DNA of 61,806 bases, counting the filler, from Desulfonatronovibrionaceae bacterium (GTDB lineage: Bacteria; Desulfobacterota; Desulfovibrionia; Desulfovibrionales; Desulfonatronovibrionaceae): NCBI GenBank assembly GCA_046539845.1. It is 3 parts of 3 records of this genome, joined end to end, with 100 filler letters (N's around TTAATTAATTAA, not from the genome) between each part and the next. Parts side by side here need not be neighbours in the genome. Positions count along the whole stretch, not along the records: positions 1 to 22,724 come from JBKHGE010000036.1; 2 more parts are not named here. One strand, written 5' to 3'. Shown in pieces: positions 9,600 to 19,740 of this stretch. Below the pieces are notes generated by a model that worked only from the letters and a program-made list of their open reading frames with translations, was not told the DNA's origin and made no database searches. The number at the start of each line of letters is the position of its first letter. Within the stretch, counting starts at the first letter, position 1. The translations under genes and the position numbers were made by a program.

Positions 9600-10187
9600 A
9601 TGGCAGTGAAAAAAATACTCATGCTGGTCGGAGACTATGTCGAGGATTATGAGGCCATGGTCCCTTTGCAGATGCTTATGATGGTCGGGCATGAAGTACA
9701 CACCGTGTGCCCGGACAAAAAGGCCGGAGATAGCGTGGCCACCGCGATCCATGACTTTGAGGGCGAGCAGACCTACAGCGAGAAGAGGGGGCATAATTTT
9801 GCCATTAACGCCGATTTTGACCAGGTGAACCCTGCTGATTACGATGCCCTGGTCCTCCCCGGCGGCCGCGCCCCGGAGTATATCCGGTTAAATCCTCGGG
9901 TTATTTCCATTGTTCGCCATTTTGCGGACGCGGACAAGCCCATCGCCTCCATCTGCCACGGGCAGCAGATTTTGGCTGCGGCCGGGGTGGTCAAGGGCCG
10001 GAGCTGTACCGCCTATCCGGCTGTAAAGCCTGATCTGGAGCAGGCCGGCGCCAAATGGAGCGAGGTGAACGAGACTGTGAGTAATGCCGTGGTGGACGGG
10101 AATCTGGTTACCGCGCCCGCTTGGCCGGCCCATCCGGAATGGATCAGGGAGTTCTTGAAGGTCCTGGGCACTCGGATTGAGCCCTGA
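9600..10187 (+). CDS. DJ-1/PfpI family protein
   Basis: [16 protein letters not shown] and nucleophile ICHG motifs, GGAGG RBS. Confidence 0.92.
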   Translation: MAVKKILMLVGDYVEDYEAMVPLQMLMMVGHEVHTVCPDKKAGDSVATAIHDFEGEQTYSEKRGHNFAINADFDQVNPADYDALVLPGGRAPEYIRLNPRVISIVRHFADADKPIASICHGQQILAAAGVVKGRSCTAYPAVKPDLEQAGAKWSEVNETVSNAVVDGNLVTAPAWPAHPEWIREFLKVLGTRIEP

Positions 10188-10317
10188 TCCGGATGAGTTT
10201 GTCCGGGGACCGGTAGCCAAAATGGCTGCAATCCGAGCTTGCTCCGGTTCTGAGCGGTGTCTTTGTTCAAAAGGGCACCGCTTTGTTTTTTGAGATCCCC
10301 AGTAAATGGAGTGGACA

Positions 10318-11703
10318 ATGGTTTCAAAGTCCCTGATTTGTGAATTCAAGTCCCTGCTCGGGCCGGAGAACGTGTTTACCGACCCGGCGGACAGAAGTGT
10401 TTACGCCTATGACTCCGCGGTTTTGGATCCGGTTATCCCGGAGCTTGTCCTCAGGCCGGCGGATGCCGCGGGTATGGGCAAGGCGGTTCAGCTGTGCAGT
10501 GAGAACTCTTTGCCCTTGACCGTGCGTGGGTCGGGGACCAATCTGAGCGGAGGGACCATCCCGGCCCGGGAAAACGGGGTGGTTTTGCTCATCAACAGAC
10601 TCAACCGTATACTGGAGATAAACACCCGGGATCTGTACGCCAGGGTCCAGCCCGGGGTGATAACCGCGGATTTGGCCTTGGAAGCGGAAAGGCATGGTCT
10701 TTTTTATCCCCCGGATCCGGCCAGCAAAAAGGTGTCCACTCTGGGCGGGAATGTGGCTGAGAACGCCGGTGGTCTGCTCGGGCTCAAGTACGGGGTGACC
10801 AAGGATTATGTCCTGGGTCTGGATTTTTTTGACTCTGACGGGGAGCTGATAAGGACCGGGGGGAAAACGGTCAAATGCGTGACCGGTCTTAATTTGTCCG
10901 GACTTATGGCCGGATCCGAGGGGACCCTGGGGATATTCAGCGAAATCACTCTCAAACTGATCCCCCCGCCCCGGGACAGCCGGGCCATGCTGGCGGTGTT
11001 CGATTCCATGGAAAAGGCTTCCGAGACTGTCTCGGAGATAATCGCAAGCAGGATCATGCCCTGTACCCTGGAGTTTCTGGACAATTTCACCATAAGGACG
11101 GTGGAGGACTTCAGCCGGGCCGGTCTGCCTGTTTCAGCCGGGGCCCTGCTTCTTATCGAGGTGGACGGTCATCCGGCCCAGGTCCGGGAGGAAGGGGAGG
11201 AAATTATGCGGATATGCAGGGCCGGGGGAGCGGACTACGTGCATGTGGCCGCGGACAGGCAGGAAAGGGAAAGTTTGTGGCAGGCCCGCAGGGACGCCCT
11301 GCCCGCCCTGGCCAGACTCCGACCGACCACCATTCTTGAGGACGCCACCGTGCCCAGGAGCAGGATCCCGGAGATGGTCCGGTCCGTAAGCCGCATTGCC
11401 GAAAAATACGGACTGGCTATCGGCACTTTCGGCCATGCCGGGGACGGCAATCTCCATCCCACAATACTCACCGACCGCAGGGACAAGCAGGAATTCTCCC
11501 GGGTGGAAAAGGCCATAGAAGAAATCTTTGATGCCGCCCTGGATCTGGAGGGGACATTGTCCGGGGAACACGGCATCGGGCAGGCCAAGTCAAAATACAT
11601 GCAAAAGGAATTGAATAAGGGGACAATGCTCTATTCCCGCAGGATACAAAAGGCCCTGGACCCGGAGGGCATTTTAAATCCGGGCAAGATATTCGGGGAC
11701 TGA
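10318..11703 (+). CDS. FAD-linked oxidase (GlcD-like), D-lactate dehydrogenase subunit
   Basis: RGSGTNLSGG, YPPDPAS, GHAGDGNLH, SGEHGIG and LNPGK motifs. Confidence 0.92.
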   Translation: MVSKSLICEFKSLLGPENVFTDPADRSVYAYDSAVLDPVIPELVLRPADAAGMGKAVQLCSENSLPLTVRGSGTNLSGGTIPARENGVVLLINRLNRILEINTRDLYARVQPGVITADLALEAERHGLFYPPDPASKKVSTLGGNVAENAGGLLGLKYGVTKDYVLGLDFFDSDGELIRTGGKTVKCVTGLNLSGLMAGSEGTLGIFSEITLKLIPPPRDSRAMLAVFDSMEKASETVSEIIASRIMPCTLEFLDNFTIRTVEDFSRAGLPVSAGALLLIEVDGHPAQVREEGEEIMRICRAGGADYVHVAADRQERESLWQARRDALPALARLRPTTILEDATVPRSRIPEMVRSVSRIAEKYGLAIGTFGHAGDGNLHPTILTDRRDKQEFSRVEKAIEEIFDAALDLEGTLSGEHGIGQAKSKYMQKELNKGTMLYSRRIQKALDPEGILNPGKIFGD

Positions 11704-11704
11704 G

Positions 11705-13006
11705 ATGCGGGATGTGAAGCAATTGGCCGAGCTGCTGGAAACCCTGGAGGAGCAGATGGCCGCGTGTATGCAATGCGGCATGTGTCAGGCGGTCTGTCCT
11801 TTGTATCGTGAATCCGGCCTGGAGATGGACGTGGCCCGGGGAAAAATCGCCCTGATCCGCAATCTGGCTTTGGATATCCTGGACGATCCCCGGGCGGTTA
11901 AGACCAGGCTGGAGCGCTGTCTTTTGTGCGGATCCTGCGCCGCCGGCTGCCCCAGCGGAGTGGATATAATGGATATTTTTGTCCGCTCCAGGATGATTAT
12001 AACCGGGTATCTGGGCCTGTCCGCGTTTAAAAAGGCGGTTTTCCGGGGGATGCTTTCCCGGCCCGGGGTATTTGATTTTTCTCTGCGCACGGCCGCCGGA
12101 TTGCAGGGCATATTCACCACAGCCGTGAACCCGGAAATGGGCACTTTTCGGTCCCGTATCCCGGCGAAGGCGTTTAAGGGAAGGCATTTCCCGGCCCTGG
12201 CTGAGGTTCCCGGGCATAAACGGGTGCTTTCCGCGGATCCGGGCGGAGAGTACGCGGCAGGCAAAATCGCCTTTTTCCCTGGATGCCTGACGGATAAGGT
12301 GATCCCGGAAGTGGCCGCGAGCTGCGCAAATATTCTTAAAGAACACGCCTACGGGTTGTATATGCCGGGGAGCCCGGTTTGCTGCGGAATTCCCGCTATG
12401 GCTTCCGGGGATATGAAGTCGTTTAAAAGACTTGTTCGCCATAATCTAGAGCTGTACGCGGGCAGCGATTTTTACCGCCTGATCACGCCCTGTGCCACCT
12501 GCACGGCCACCATACGCAAGACATGGCCCATGCTTATCGATCTGTTTTCCCCGCAGGAGCGGGAAAGTATATTGGCCCTGGCAGATAAGACCCTGGATAT
12601 AACCGAGTTTTTGGCGGACAAACTCTCTGCCGGGCCAAAAGAAGAAAAACGCGCGCAGAGCAGGGTGGTGACCTATCATGACCCCTGTCATCTGAAAAAG
12701 TCCCTGGGAATAAAAAATCAGCCGCGAGAGATCCTGCAGGCCGCTTCCGGATGCATTTTCCGGGAGATGCCCGGGGCGGACAGCTGCTGCGGCATGGGCG
12801 GGAGCTTTAATCTGGAGCATTATCCCCTTTCCCAGCAGATAGGGGAGCGCAAGCTGAAAAACATTCTGGCCGTGAACCCGGATTGTGTGGCCACTGCCTG
12901 TCCGGCGTGCATGATTCAGCTTATGGATGTGATTTCCCGGGCGGGACACACTATCCAGGTCCGGCATGTGGTCCAGGTTTATGAAGGACACTCCGGGGAT
13001 GGATAA
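11705..13006 (+). CDS. GlcF-like Fe-S subunit (two 4Fe-4S motifs plus CCG domains)
   Basis: CMQCGMCQAVCP, CLLCGSCAAGCP, CCG and YHDPCHL. Confidence 0.9.
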   Translation: MRDVKQLAELLETLEEQMAACMQCGMCQAVCPLYRESGLEMDVARGKIALIRNLALDILDDPRAVKTRLERCLLCGSCAAGCPSGVDIMDIFVRSRMIITGYLGLSAFKKAVFRGMLSRPGVFDFSLRTAAGLQGIFTTAVNPEMGTFRSRIPAKAFKGRHFPALAEVPGHKRVLSADPGGEYAAGKIAFFPGCLTDKVIPEVAASCANILKEHAYGLYMPGSPVCCGIPAMASGDMKSFKRLVRHNLELYAGSDFYRLITPCATCTATIRKTWPMLIDLFSPQERESILALADKTLDITEFLADKLSAGPKEEKRAQSRVVTYHDPCHLKKSLGIKNQPREILQAASGCIFREMPGADSCCGMGGSFNLEHYPLSQQIGERKLKNILAVNPDCVATACPACMIQLMDVISRAGHTIQVRHVVQVYEGHSGDG

Positions 13007-13164
13007 AATTTATATTAGATGTCCGGGAAGCGACAATGGGAAAGCGGCGCTCCGGGGTGAGCCTTGCACGCAATCCAAAAAGACTGTGAATCGCCCTTTG
13101 GCATCCAGGATCCTTGAGTGTCGGATCGGCACTTCAAATGTTTTGTCTCTGAGGACGGGCTTTC

Positions 13165-13782
13165 ATGGATAAGTCATCAACAGTCAAAAAACATGTGCAG
13201 GAAACTTTTGTCCGCAAGGCGGGTCTGGCCGCGGCCGTGGTGGATTTCTCCCCGGATATGCACAGCACTTTGGCCTTGGCCCTGGATTTATGCCTTAAAA
13301 AAGACATCCGGGATGTGTTTGCATCCGAAGATCCCAGCCAGTCATCTCCGGCAGGGGAGAAGATAATCGCCGCTCCGGGGCTGGAAGATGAATATGTGCG
13401 CAGACTAAGCAAAATGTGTGCTTCCAATGCAGTTCGTGTGCTTACTTCGGGTCTGAACCACCATCCGGGCGGCATTGATCTCGGTTTGACCCATGCGGAC
13501 TGGGGCATAGCCGAAACCGGAACCCTGGTGGTGAACACGGATAGCGAAGACAAGCGCTTGGCCGGGATGATAAGTGAGGTGCACGTAAATATATTGCCGG
13601 AGTCGCGGATCGTGGCCGACAGTTTCGATCTGGAAAAGCGGCTGGGAAAATGTTTTGCCTCTGCTCCGGCCTATACCTCGTTTATCACCGGTCCCAGTCG
13701 GACCGCGGATATTGAAAGGGAGCTCACCCTGGGCGTGCACGGGCCACTGGAGTTGTATATTTTGATTCTGCGCGGCGCATAG
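13165..13782 (+). CDS. LutC/LldG lactate utilization protein (LUD domain)
   Basis: IAETGTLV and ITGPSRTADIERELTLGVHGP. Confidence 0.9.
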   Translation: MDKSSTVKKHVQETFVRKAGLAAAVVDFSPDMHSTLALALDLCLKKDIRDVFASEDPSQSSPAGEKIIAAPGLEDEYVRRLSKMCASNAVRVLTSGLNHHPGGIDLGLTHADWGIAETGTLVVNTDSEDKRLAGMISEVHVNILPESRIVADSFDLEKRLGKCFASAPAYTSFITGPSRTADIERELTLGVHGPLELYILILRGA

Positions 13783-13822
13783 TTTCGGATGCTGAAATTA
13801 TTCAGAAGTTGTCTTAAAAAAG

Positions 13823-15982
13823 ATGTCGAAACCGAAACAATCGGAGTATTTCATGCATACGGCCCAAAAAAGCCGTGAGTATCACAAGAAAATAAAAAAG
13901 GCCCTGGGGAACGATTTCCAGCGCAGGGCCCTGGACAGGTTTGTCCGATCCTACCGGGAGAGCAGGCAGCAGGCCTTTGCCGGGTATGATCTTGCGGGCC
14001 TTGTCCGGGAGATAGCCGAATCCAGGGACGCGTCCATTGCGGCCATGGACGAACTTTACGCGGAGTTTGAAAGGAACGCAAAAAAGGCCGGGGCCCGGGT
14101 GCATTTGGCCGGAAACGCCCGGGAGGCCAATGAAATCATTCTGGAAATCGCTCGGGAAAATAGCTGTTCCCGGGTGGTCAAGTCCAAGTCTATGACCGCG
14201 GAAGAAATCATGCTCAATCCATTCCTGGAAGAGCATGGACTTACGGTCACGGAGACTGACCTCGGGGAGTGGATAATTCAGCTGAGAGGGGAAGGACCGA
14301 CGCACATGGTCATGCCGGCCATCCATCTGTCCAGAGAGCAGGTTGGGGAGCTTTTTTCCCGGGTGACCGGAGAGCCTGTGGGAAGTGATATCCCCGAATT
14401 GGTCCGGGTGGCCAGAAAGGAGCTCAGGCAGAGGTTCCTTCGAGCGGACATGGGCATATCCGGGGCCAATTTCGCCCTGGCGGACAGCGGGACCATAGGT
14501 ATTGTGACCAATGAAGGCAACGGCCGGCTGGTGACCACCCTGCCCCGGGTGCACGTGGTTTTGCTCGGTCTGGACAAACTGGTTTTCGGGCTGCATGACG
14601 CCTTGCGCAATCTTAAAGGGCTTACCAGAAATGCCACCGCCCAGGCGATTACTTCCTATGTGAGCTGGATAACCGGGGCCGGGCCGTGCGCGTCTTCTTC
14701 TGACGGGCGAAAAGAAATGCACATAGTCTTTCTGGATAACGGCAGGAGGGCATTGGCCCGGGATTCAAAGTTTTCCCAAGTCCTTCGCTGTCTGCGCTGC
14801 GGGGCCTGCGCCAATGTATACCCGATATTCAAAATGATCGGAGGCCGGGAATACGGCCATATCTATATCGGGGCCATCGGCTTGATTCTGACCTATTTTT
14901 TTCACGGCCGGGACAAGGATGAGGGCCTGATTCAGAACTGCCTGAACTGCCAGGCCTGCCGGGAGGTGTGCATCGCCGGGATCGATCTGCCCCGGCTGAT
15001 AAAGGAAGTGCAAGCCCTTATCCGGGACCAGGAGCGGCCGACAGTGCTGGATGCGGTTGCCTCCAGACTGTTGACCAACAGGAAATTTATGCACGGTCTT
15101 TTAAGAGCGGCCAGACACGTGCAGTATCCCATCTCCGGGGGCAAGCCGTTTTTGCGGCACCTGCCGGAATTCTTTCTGCGGGATCACGGCTTCAAGGCCT
15201 TGCCCGCCTTGGCCAAAAAGCCTTTTCGGGACAGATGGCCAAAGATCAAAACCGAAATTACCGCCCCAAAATACAGGGTGGCCCTTTTTACCGGTTGCCT
15301 GCAGGATTTTGTCTATCCGGAGCAGCTGGAGGCCGCTTTAAGGGTGCTCTCCAGCTCCCGGGTGCGGGTGGATTTCCCGGCGGCCCAGGGGTGCTGCGGG
15401 TTACCGGCGTATATGCTCGGGAATAAACAGGCGGCCAGAGAAGCGGCCCTGCACAATCTTTCCTCATTCGATCCGGCAAATTACGATTTTATTTTGACCT
15501 TGTGCGCTTCCTGCGCCTCGCATTTGAAAAACAGCTATCCCCGTCTGGTTGAAGAGGGTAGAGGGGCACGGTTTGCGGGCAAGGTGATCGATTTTGCCTC
15601 GTTTGTTTTCAATTATTGCACACGCACGAAGCCCGGGGGCGTGAGGCGTAAATTCGCCTATCACGCGCCGTGTCATCTATGCCGGGGGCTGGGAGTGCGC
15701 CAGGGGAGTCGGGAGGTTTTGCAGGCGGCCGGACTTTCTTATGTTCCGGTCCCGGAGGAGGAGACCTGCTGCGGTTTCGGGGGTGTGTATTCCCTCAAGT
15801 TCCCTGAAATATCCGCGGCGATCCTGCGGCGCAAGTTGGACTTGGTCCAAAGAAGCAAGGCCAAAGTCCTGGTCACGGATTGCCCGGGGTGTATATTGCA
15901 GCTCCGGGGCGGGGCCAGGAAGTCGGGCTACGGCTTCGAGGTAGCCCATACGGCCGAGGTCCTGGCCGGATCCGGGGAGTAA
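13823..15982 (+). CDS. LutB-LutA fusion, L-lactate dehydrogenase large subunit (LldH-like)
   Basis: KSKSMTAEEI, ETDLGEWIIQL, HMVMPAIH, ferredoxin motifs and C-terminal CCG domains. Confidence 0.9.
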   Translation: MSKPKQSEYFMHTAQKSREYHKKIKKALGNDFQRRALDRFVRSYRESRQQAFAGYDLAGLVREIAESRDASIAAMDELYAEFERNAKKAGARVHLAGNAREANEIILEIARENSCSRVVKSKSMTAEEIMLNPFLEEHGLTVTETDLGEWIIQLRGEGPTHMVMPAIHLSREQVGELFSRVTGEPVGSDIPELVRVARKELRQRFLRADMGISGANFALADSGTIGIVTNEGNGRLVTTLPRVHVVLLGLDKLVFGLHDALRNLKGLTRNATAQAITSYVSWITGAGPCASSSDGRKEMHIVFLDNGRRALARDSKFSQVLRCLRCGACANVYPIFKMIGGREYGHIYIGAIGLILTYFFHGRDKDEGLIQNCLNCQACREVCIAGIDLPRLIKEVQALIRDQERPTVLDAVASRLLTNRKFMHGLLRAARHVQYPISGGKPFLRHLPEFFLRDHGFKALPALAKKPFRDRWPKIKTEITAPKYRVALFTGCLQDFVYPEQLEAALRVLSSSRVRVDFPAAQGCCGLPAYMLGNKQAAREAALHNLSSFDPANYDFILTLCASCASHLKNSYPRLVEEGRGARFAGKVIDFASFVFNYCTRTKPGGVRRKFAYHAPCHLCRGLGVRQGSREVLQAAGLSYVPVPEEETCCGFGGVYSLKFPEISAAILRRKLDLVQRSKAKVLVTDCPGCILQLRGGARKSGYGFEVAHTAEVLAGSGE

Positions 15983-16010
15983 ACGCCTCTAAGCCGTTTT
16001 GTTCCGGACT

Positions 16011-16412
16011 TTAAAAAAGTCTACCGTCCCGGATTAAATTGGAAAGGGAGAGCATACCCACCACTTTTCCGTCCTCCACCACCGGGGCCCGGCGTATCCC
16101 GGACCTGTACAAAAGACGGGCCGCATAGCGTACATCCATTTTTCCCGGGACGGTCAGAACCGGCTTGGTCATCATCTCGTACACATTCACCTCGTCCGGG
16201 GAGCATCCGGGGATGATCACCTCGGTGATAAAGTCCTGAACCACCAATATCCCCCATTCATCGTCCTCGTGCCTTTTGTCCACGAGTAGGCTGGGCACCT
16301 TTTCCGCGCGCATTTTCTCCGCTGCTTCCCTGGCCGTGGCCATGCCGTCTATGGAGACCACCTTGGGGTACATTATCTCCCTGGCCCGTATCACCGGTTT
16401 TTTCTTGTGCAT
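16011..16412 (-). CDS. CBS-domain pair protein
   Basis: Two CBS repeats, e.g. V.EMMTKPVLTV and IRRAPVV..G.VVGML. Confidence 0.85.
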   Translation of the reverse strand: MHKKKPVIRAREIMYPKVVSIDGMATAREAAEKMRAEKVPSLLVDKRHEDDEWGILVVQDFITEVIIPGCSPDEVNVYEMMTKPVLTVPGKMDVRYAARLLYRSGIRRAPVVEDGKVVGMLSLSNLIRDGRLF

Positions 16413-16501
16413 GACTTCTTTCCTTCCTGGTTGAAAGAGATTTTAGTCTGTATCCGCAAATTTACAAATTTCCGGATATAGACCGAATAGTTTTTTCGGG
16501 T

Positions 16502-16849
16502 CTAGAAATAACTTTCCCGGACTTCTTCCTTGAATTTTTCCATCTGGCTTTCCAGGCCCAGGACTTGATCCACAGGCAGGGAAAAGGCTATGCCGGTTCC
16601 CGGCTTGTGGAATTTGCCCGCCTTTTTTATGGCTTCCATTATTTGGGGCACCAGATGCTCCTCCACCAAAAACATGATTATGTCTGTCTGGGCCTCCAGG
16701 GAGAGGCCAAAAAAGGTCTTGGCCTCGCGCATCCCGGTCCCCCGGGACTGGATAATAGTCGCCCCGGTGGCTCCCGCTTCCTTGGCCGCGTCCACTACCT
16801 TGTCCGTGATGGTCGGCTTTACCGAGGATAAAATGAGTTTAAAGCGCAT
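16502..16849 (-). CDS. PII-like signal transduction protein
   Basis: AGATGATIIQSRGTG and PGTGIAFSLPV motifs. Confidence 0.85.
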   Translation of the reverse strand: MRFKLILSSVKPTITDKVVDAAKEAGATGATIIQSRGTGMREAKTFFGLSLEAQTDIIMFLVEEHLVPQIMEAIKKAGKFHKPGTGIAFSLPVDQVLGLESQMEKFKEEVRESYF

Positions 16850-17633
16850 CTTCCCGCTCCTTAAATGGTTTTGATTTCCTGTTTATTAGCCATTGCATGA
16901 GCTGGGCATAGCCCAGGACTGCAATAATCGGGAAAAGACTGGCAAAGGCGATCAACCCGAATCCGTCCAGGGCCGGGTTGCGGCCGGGTACGCTTGCGGA
17001 AAGCCCGAGCCCCAGGGCGGCCACCAGAGGCACGGTCACTGTGGAAGTGGTCACTCCCCCGGAGTCATAGGCCAGGGGAATAATATTTCTGGGTGCGAAA
17101 AAGGTCTGGATTATGACTACCAGATATCCGGCCAGGATATACAGGTAAAGGGGAGTGCCGGTCACAATGCGGAAGGTGCCCAGGCTGATCCCGAAGGCCA
17201 CGCCCACGGCCACAGTGATCCTCAGCCCCCACTGGCTGATGGTGCCTGCGGAGGCCTCGTTGGCCTTGAAGGCCACAGCAATAAGCGACGGTTCGGCAAT
17301 GGTGGTGGCAAAACCGATCATGGCCGCAAAGAGATAAATCCAGCCGTAGGACAGCCAGTTAACACCGCCGGATTCCTGGGATATCCCCAGCCAGGCCGGG
17401 TCGGACAGCTGTTCAGCCATGATCCTGCCCAAAGGGAAAAGCGCCTTTTCCAGTCCGGCCAGAAACAGGGCCAGGCCGAGGACCACGTATATCCCGCCGA
17501 CAATGACCTGGGGCAGGCGAGGTATGGACTGACGCAAAACCAGGAGCTGAAAGCCGATGATCAAAACCAGAATGGGGAGTACGTCCCAGAAGGTGGCCAG
17601 CAGGGTGTCGCCGAATTCGTAAAAAAATTCCAT
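16839..17633 (-). CDS. DUF1538 family membrane protein
   Basis: [24 protein letters not shown] and [10 protein letters not shown]. Confidence 0.88.
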   Translation of the reverse strand: MEFFYEFGDTLLATFWDVLPILVLIIGFQLLVLRQSIPRLPQVIVGGIYVVLGLALFLAGLEKALFPLGRIMAEQLSDPAWLGISQESGGVNWLSYGWIYLFAAMIGFATTIAEPSLIAVAFKANEASAGTISQWGLRITVAVGVAFGISLGTFRIVTGTPLYLYILAGYLVVIIQTFFAPRNIIPLAYDSGGVTTSTVTVPLVAALGLGLSASVPGRNPALDGFGLIAFASLFPIIAVLGYAQLMQWLINRKSKPFKEREDAL

Positions 17634-17646
17634 GCGGATTCCTTGT

Positions 17647-18405
17647 TTAGAAAACGATTAGGCCGTAGCCCATGACAAAGATGATGGGCAATAGGGAGGC
17701 AAAGGCGATCAGCCCGAATCCGTCCAGAAGCGGACTGCGGCCTTTGATTATCGCCGCCAGGCCCACGCCCAGAGCCGTGACCAGGGGTACGGTAATAGTG
17801 GAAGTGGTCACCCCGCCGGAGTCATAGGCTATGCCCACGATTTCCTTCGGGGCGATCGTGGTCATGAGCATGACCAGTATGTACCCGCCGATTATCAGGT
17901 AGTGAAGCGGCCAGCCGCGGATGATGCGCAGCACGCCGATGAGTATGGCCAGGCCCACGGACATGGCTACACACATGCGCAGGCCCAAAGCGTAGCTTTT
18001 CAATGATTCCGTCTGGTTGTCAATAAATCCGCCTTCGGCTGCGATTTGCGCGGCCTCGGCGGCCACCGCGATAAGTGCGGGTTCGGCTACAGTGGTGGAA
18101 AAACCCAGGGCAAAGGCAAAGACAAGCAGCCAGAACAGGCTGCCTTTGCGGGCCAGGGCATGGGCCATGTTTTCCCCAATGGGAAACAGGCCCATCTCCA
18201 GGCCCTGGACAAAAAGGGCGAGTCCGACAACCACCAGCACGGCCCCGAAAATGACCTCGCCCAGCTGGGGCAGGGGCTGGCGCAAAACCAAAAGCTGGAA
18301 AAAGGTGATGACCAGGATGATGGGCAAAAGGTCGGCTACAGCCTGCCGGAGTTTTCCCAGGACAAGGGAAAGGATGATCGTTGTTTTTTTGCGGGAAAAG
18401 CCCAT
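17647..18405 (-). CDS. DUF1538 family membrane protein (paralog)
   Basis: [24 protein letters not shown] and [10 protein letters not shown]. Confidence 0.88.
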   Translation of the reverse strand: MGFSRKKTTIILSLVLGKLRQAVADLLPIILVITFFQLLVLRQPLPQLGEVIFGAVLVVVGLALFVQGLEMGLFPIGENMAHALARKGSLFWLLVFAFALGFSTTVAEPALIAVAAEAAQIAAEGGFIDNQTESLKSYALGLRMCVAMSVGLAILIGVLRIIRGWPLHYLIIGGYILVMLMTTIAPKEIVGIAYDSGGVTTSTITVPLVTALGVGLAAIIKGRSPLLDGFGLIAFASLLPIIFVMGYGLIVF

Positions 18406-18664
18406 TTTTATCCCTGTTTCGGTGTGTGCAGAATTTTTCCTTAGCCGGTTTGGGAGAGGGAGTTTGAGCCAAGTCTGTCACAGTGGTCAATTTAATTACA
18501 TAACGTCCTGAAGTCCAGAAAATGTTGGGCCAATCCCTGCCGGTATGGGACGTAAATCGGGTATGGCGGGTCTTTTTCTTTTCTTGATCATGGGCGAGGC
18601 AATAAGTTAGCATATATAAATTATCTGTTCTGATCCTAAACTCAGCCCGCGAAGGATAAAAGTC

Positions 18665-19456
18665 TTGGACGAACTGGAAAGCGAATTGGATGCCGGATTC
18701 AAAAGCCTGCTTTTTGACGGGATTTTCTCCCATCCCGGGGTGTTGGAGATAGAACGAGCTTTGATCTGTTTGGCCTCGGATGAACGGGTGCAAAGCCTAG
18801 CGCCCGGGGCAGCGGACAGGCTCGCCGACCTTCAGGCTGCCCGCGAGTCCGGGGATACGGACAAGCGGGAGACAGAACTCCTTTCTTTGTATCTGATTCT
18901 GCACGGGGCCGGGGCAGGGTACAGAGGAGAGGAAAGGGAGAAAATAAATAATCGTCAAGGGATAGAGTGCCTGCCCGGGGGGATTGTCCCTCTGGTCCTG
19001 TCCAGCCGGCTCATAGGTCCGCAAAGCGTGGTCGCTGATCTGGGTTGCGGGAACGGGCTGCAGGGGCTCTTATTGCAGAGCCTGCAGCCGCACCGGCGCA
19101 CAATTCAGGCCGAGCTCTCGGGATCGCTTATATCCACGGGCCGTCTGTATCAAGAAGTCCTGGGCCTGAAGGGGGACTCAGTGTACTGGTTTCATGGAGA
19201 TATCTTTGATCTGGACCTGGAAGGCATTGATCTTATCTATCTGTATCGGCCGGTGCGTCCTTCGGGTCAGGGGACCGGGGTCTATCGTCGGGTCGCCGCC
19301 AGGCTCTCCACCTTGAGCCATGCAGTGAGCGTGGTCAGTATGGCCGATTGCCTGAAAGGTTTTTTAGGCCTTGATTTTTGCACCCTGTATCAGAATTATT
19401 CCTTGAGCATATTTACCACCGCCTGGCGGAAGCCGGGTACCGCGGTCGAGTGTTAG
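18665..19456 (+). CDS. Class I SAM-dependent methyltransferase-like protein (start uncertain)
   Basis: VADLGCGNG motif I and HGDIF..IYLY. Confidence 0.7.
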   Translation: MDELESELDAGFKSLLFDGIFSHPGVLEIERALICLASDERVQSLAPGAADRLADLQAARESGDTDKRETELLSLYLILHGAGAGYRGEEREKINNRQGIECLPGGIVPLVLSSRLIGPQSVVADLGCGNGLQGLLLQSLQPHRRTIQAELSGSLISTGRLYQEVLGLKGDSVYWFHGDIFDLDLEGIDLIYLYRPVRPSGQGTGVYRRVAARLSTLSHAVSVVSMADCLKGFLGLDFCTLYQNYSLSIFTTAWRKPGTAVEC

Positions 19457-19740
19457 ACGGCATGGCCTCGGGCTATTCTAAGCCCGGATCTGTATCCGGG
19501 CGGTATTATTTCCGGGTTGCTCCGGTATCTGTTTTGTGCTTATCTGGGATTATAATGCACAATATCTATTGCGCCCTATCCGGCTTGGAGGCCCTTAACT
19601 GACCCTCAAGCGGTGTTTTTTTCGGAAAGGCCTGGGGTTGGGTGTCTCTTCAGTGGTTTTGCCGTTTACTTTTGCCCCCGGCTTTTCGGGGTGGACCATG
19701 CGCATGGGCACTTAGAATCAAGCAACAGGGAGAGAAAAGG

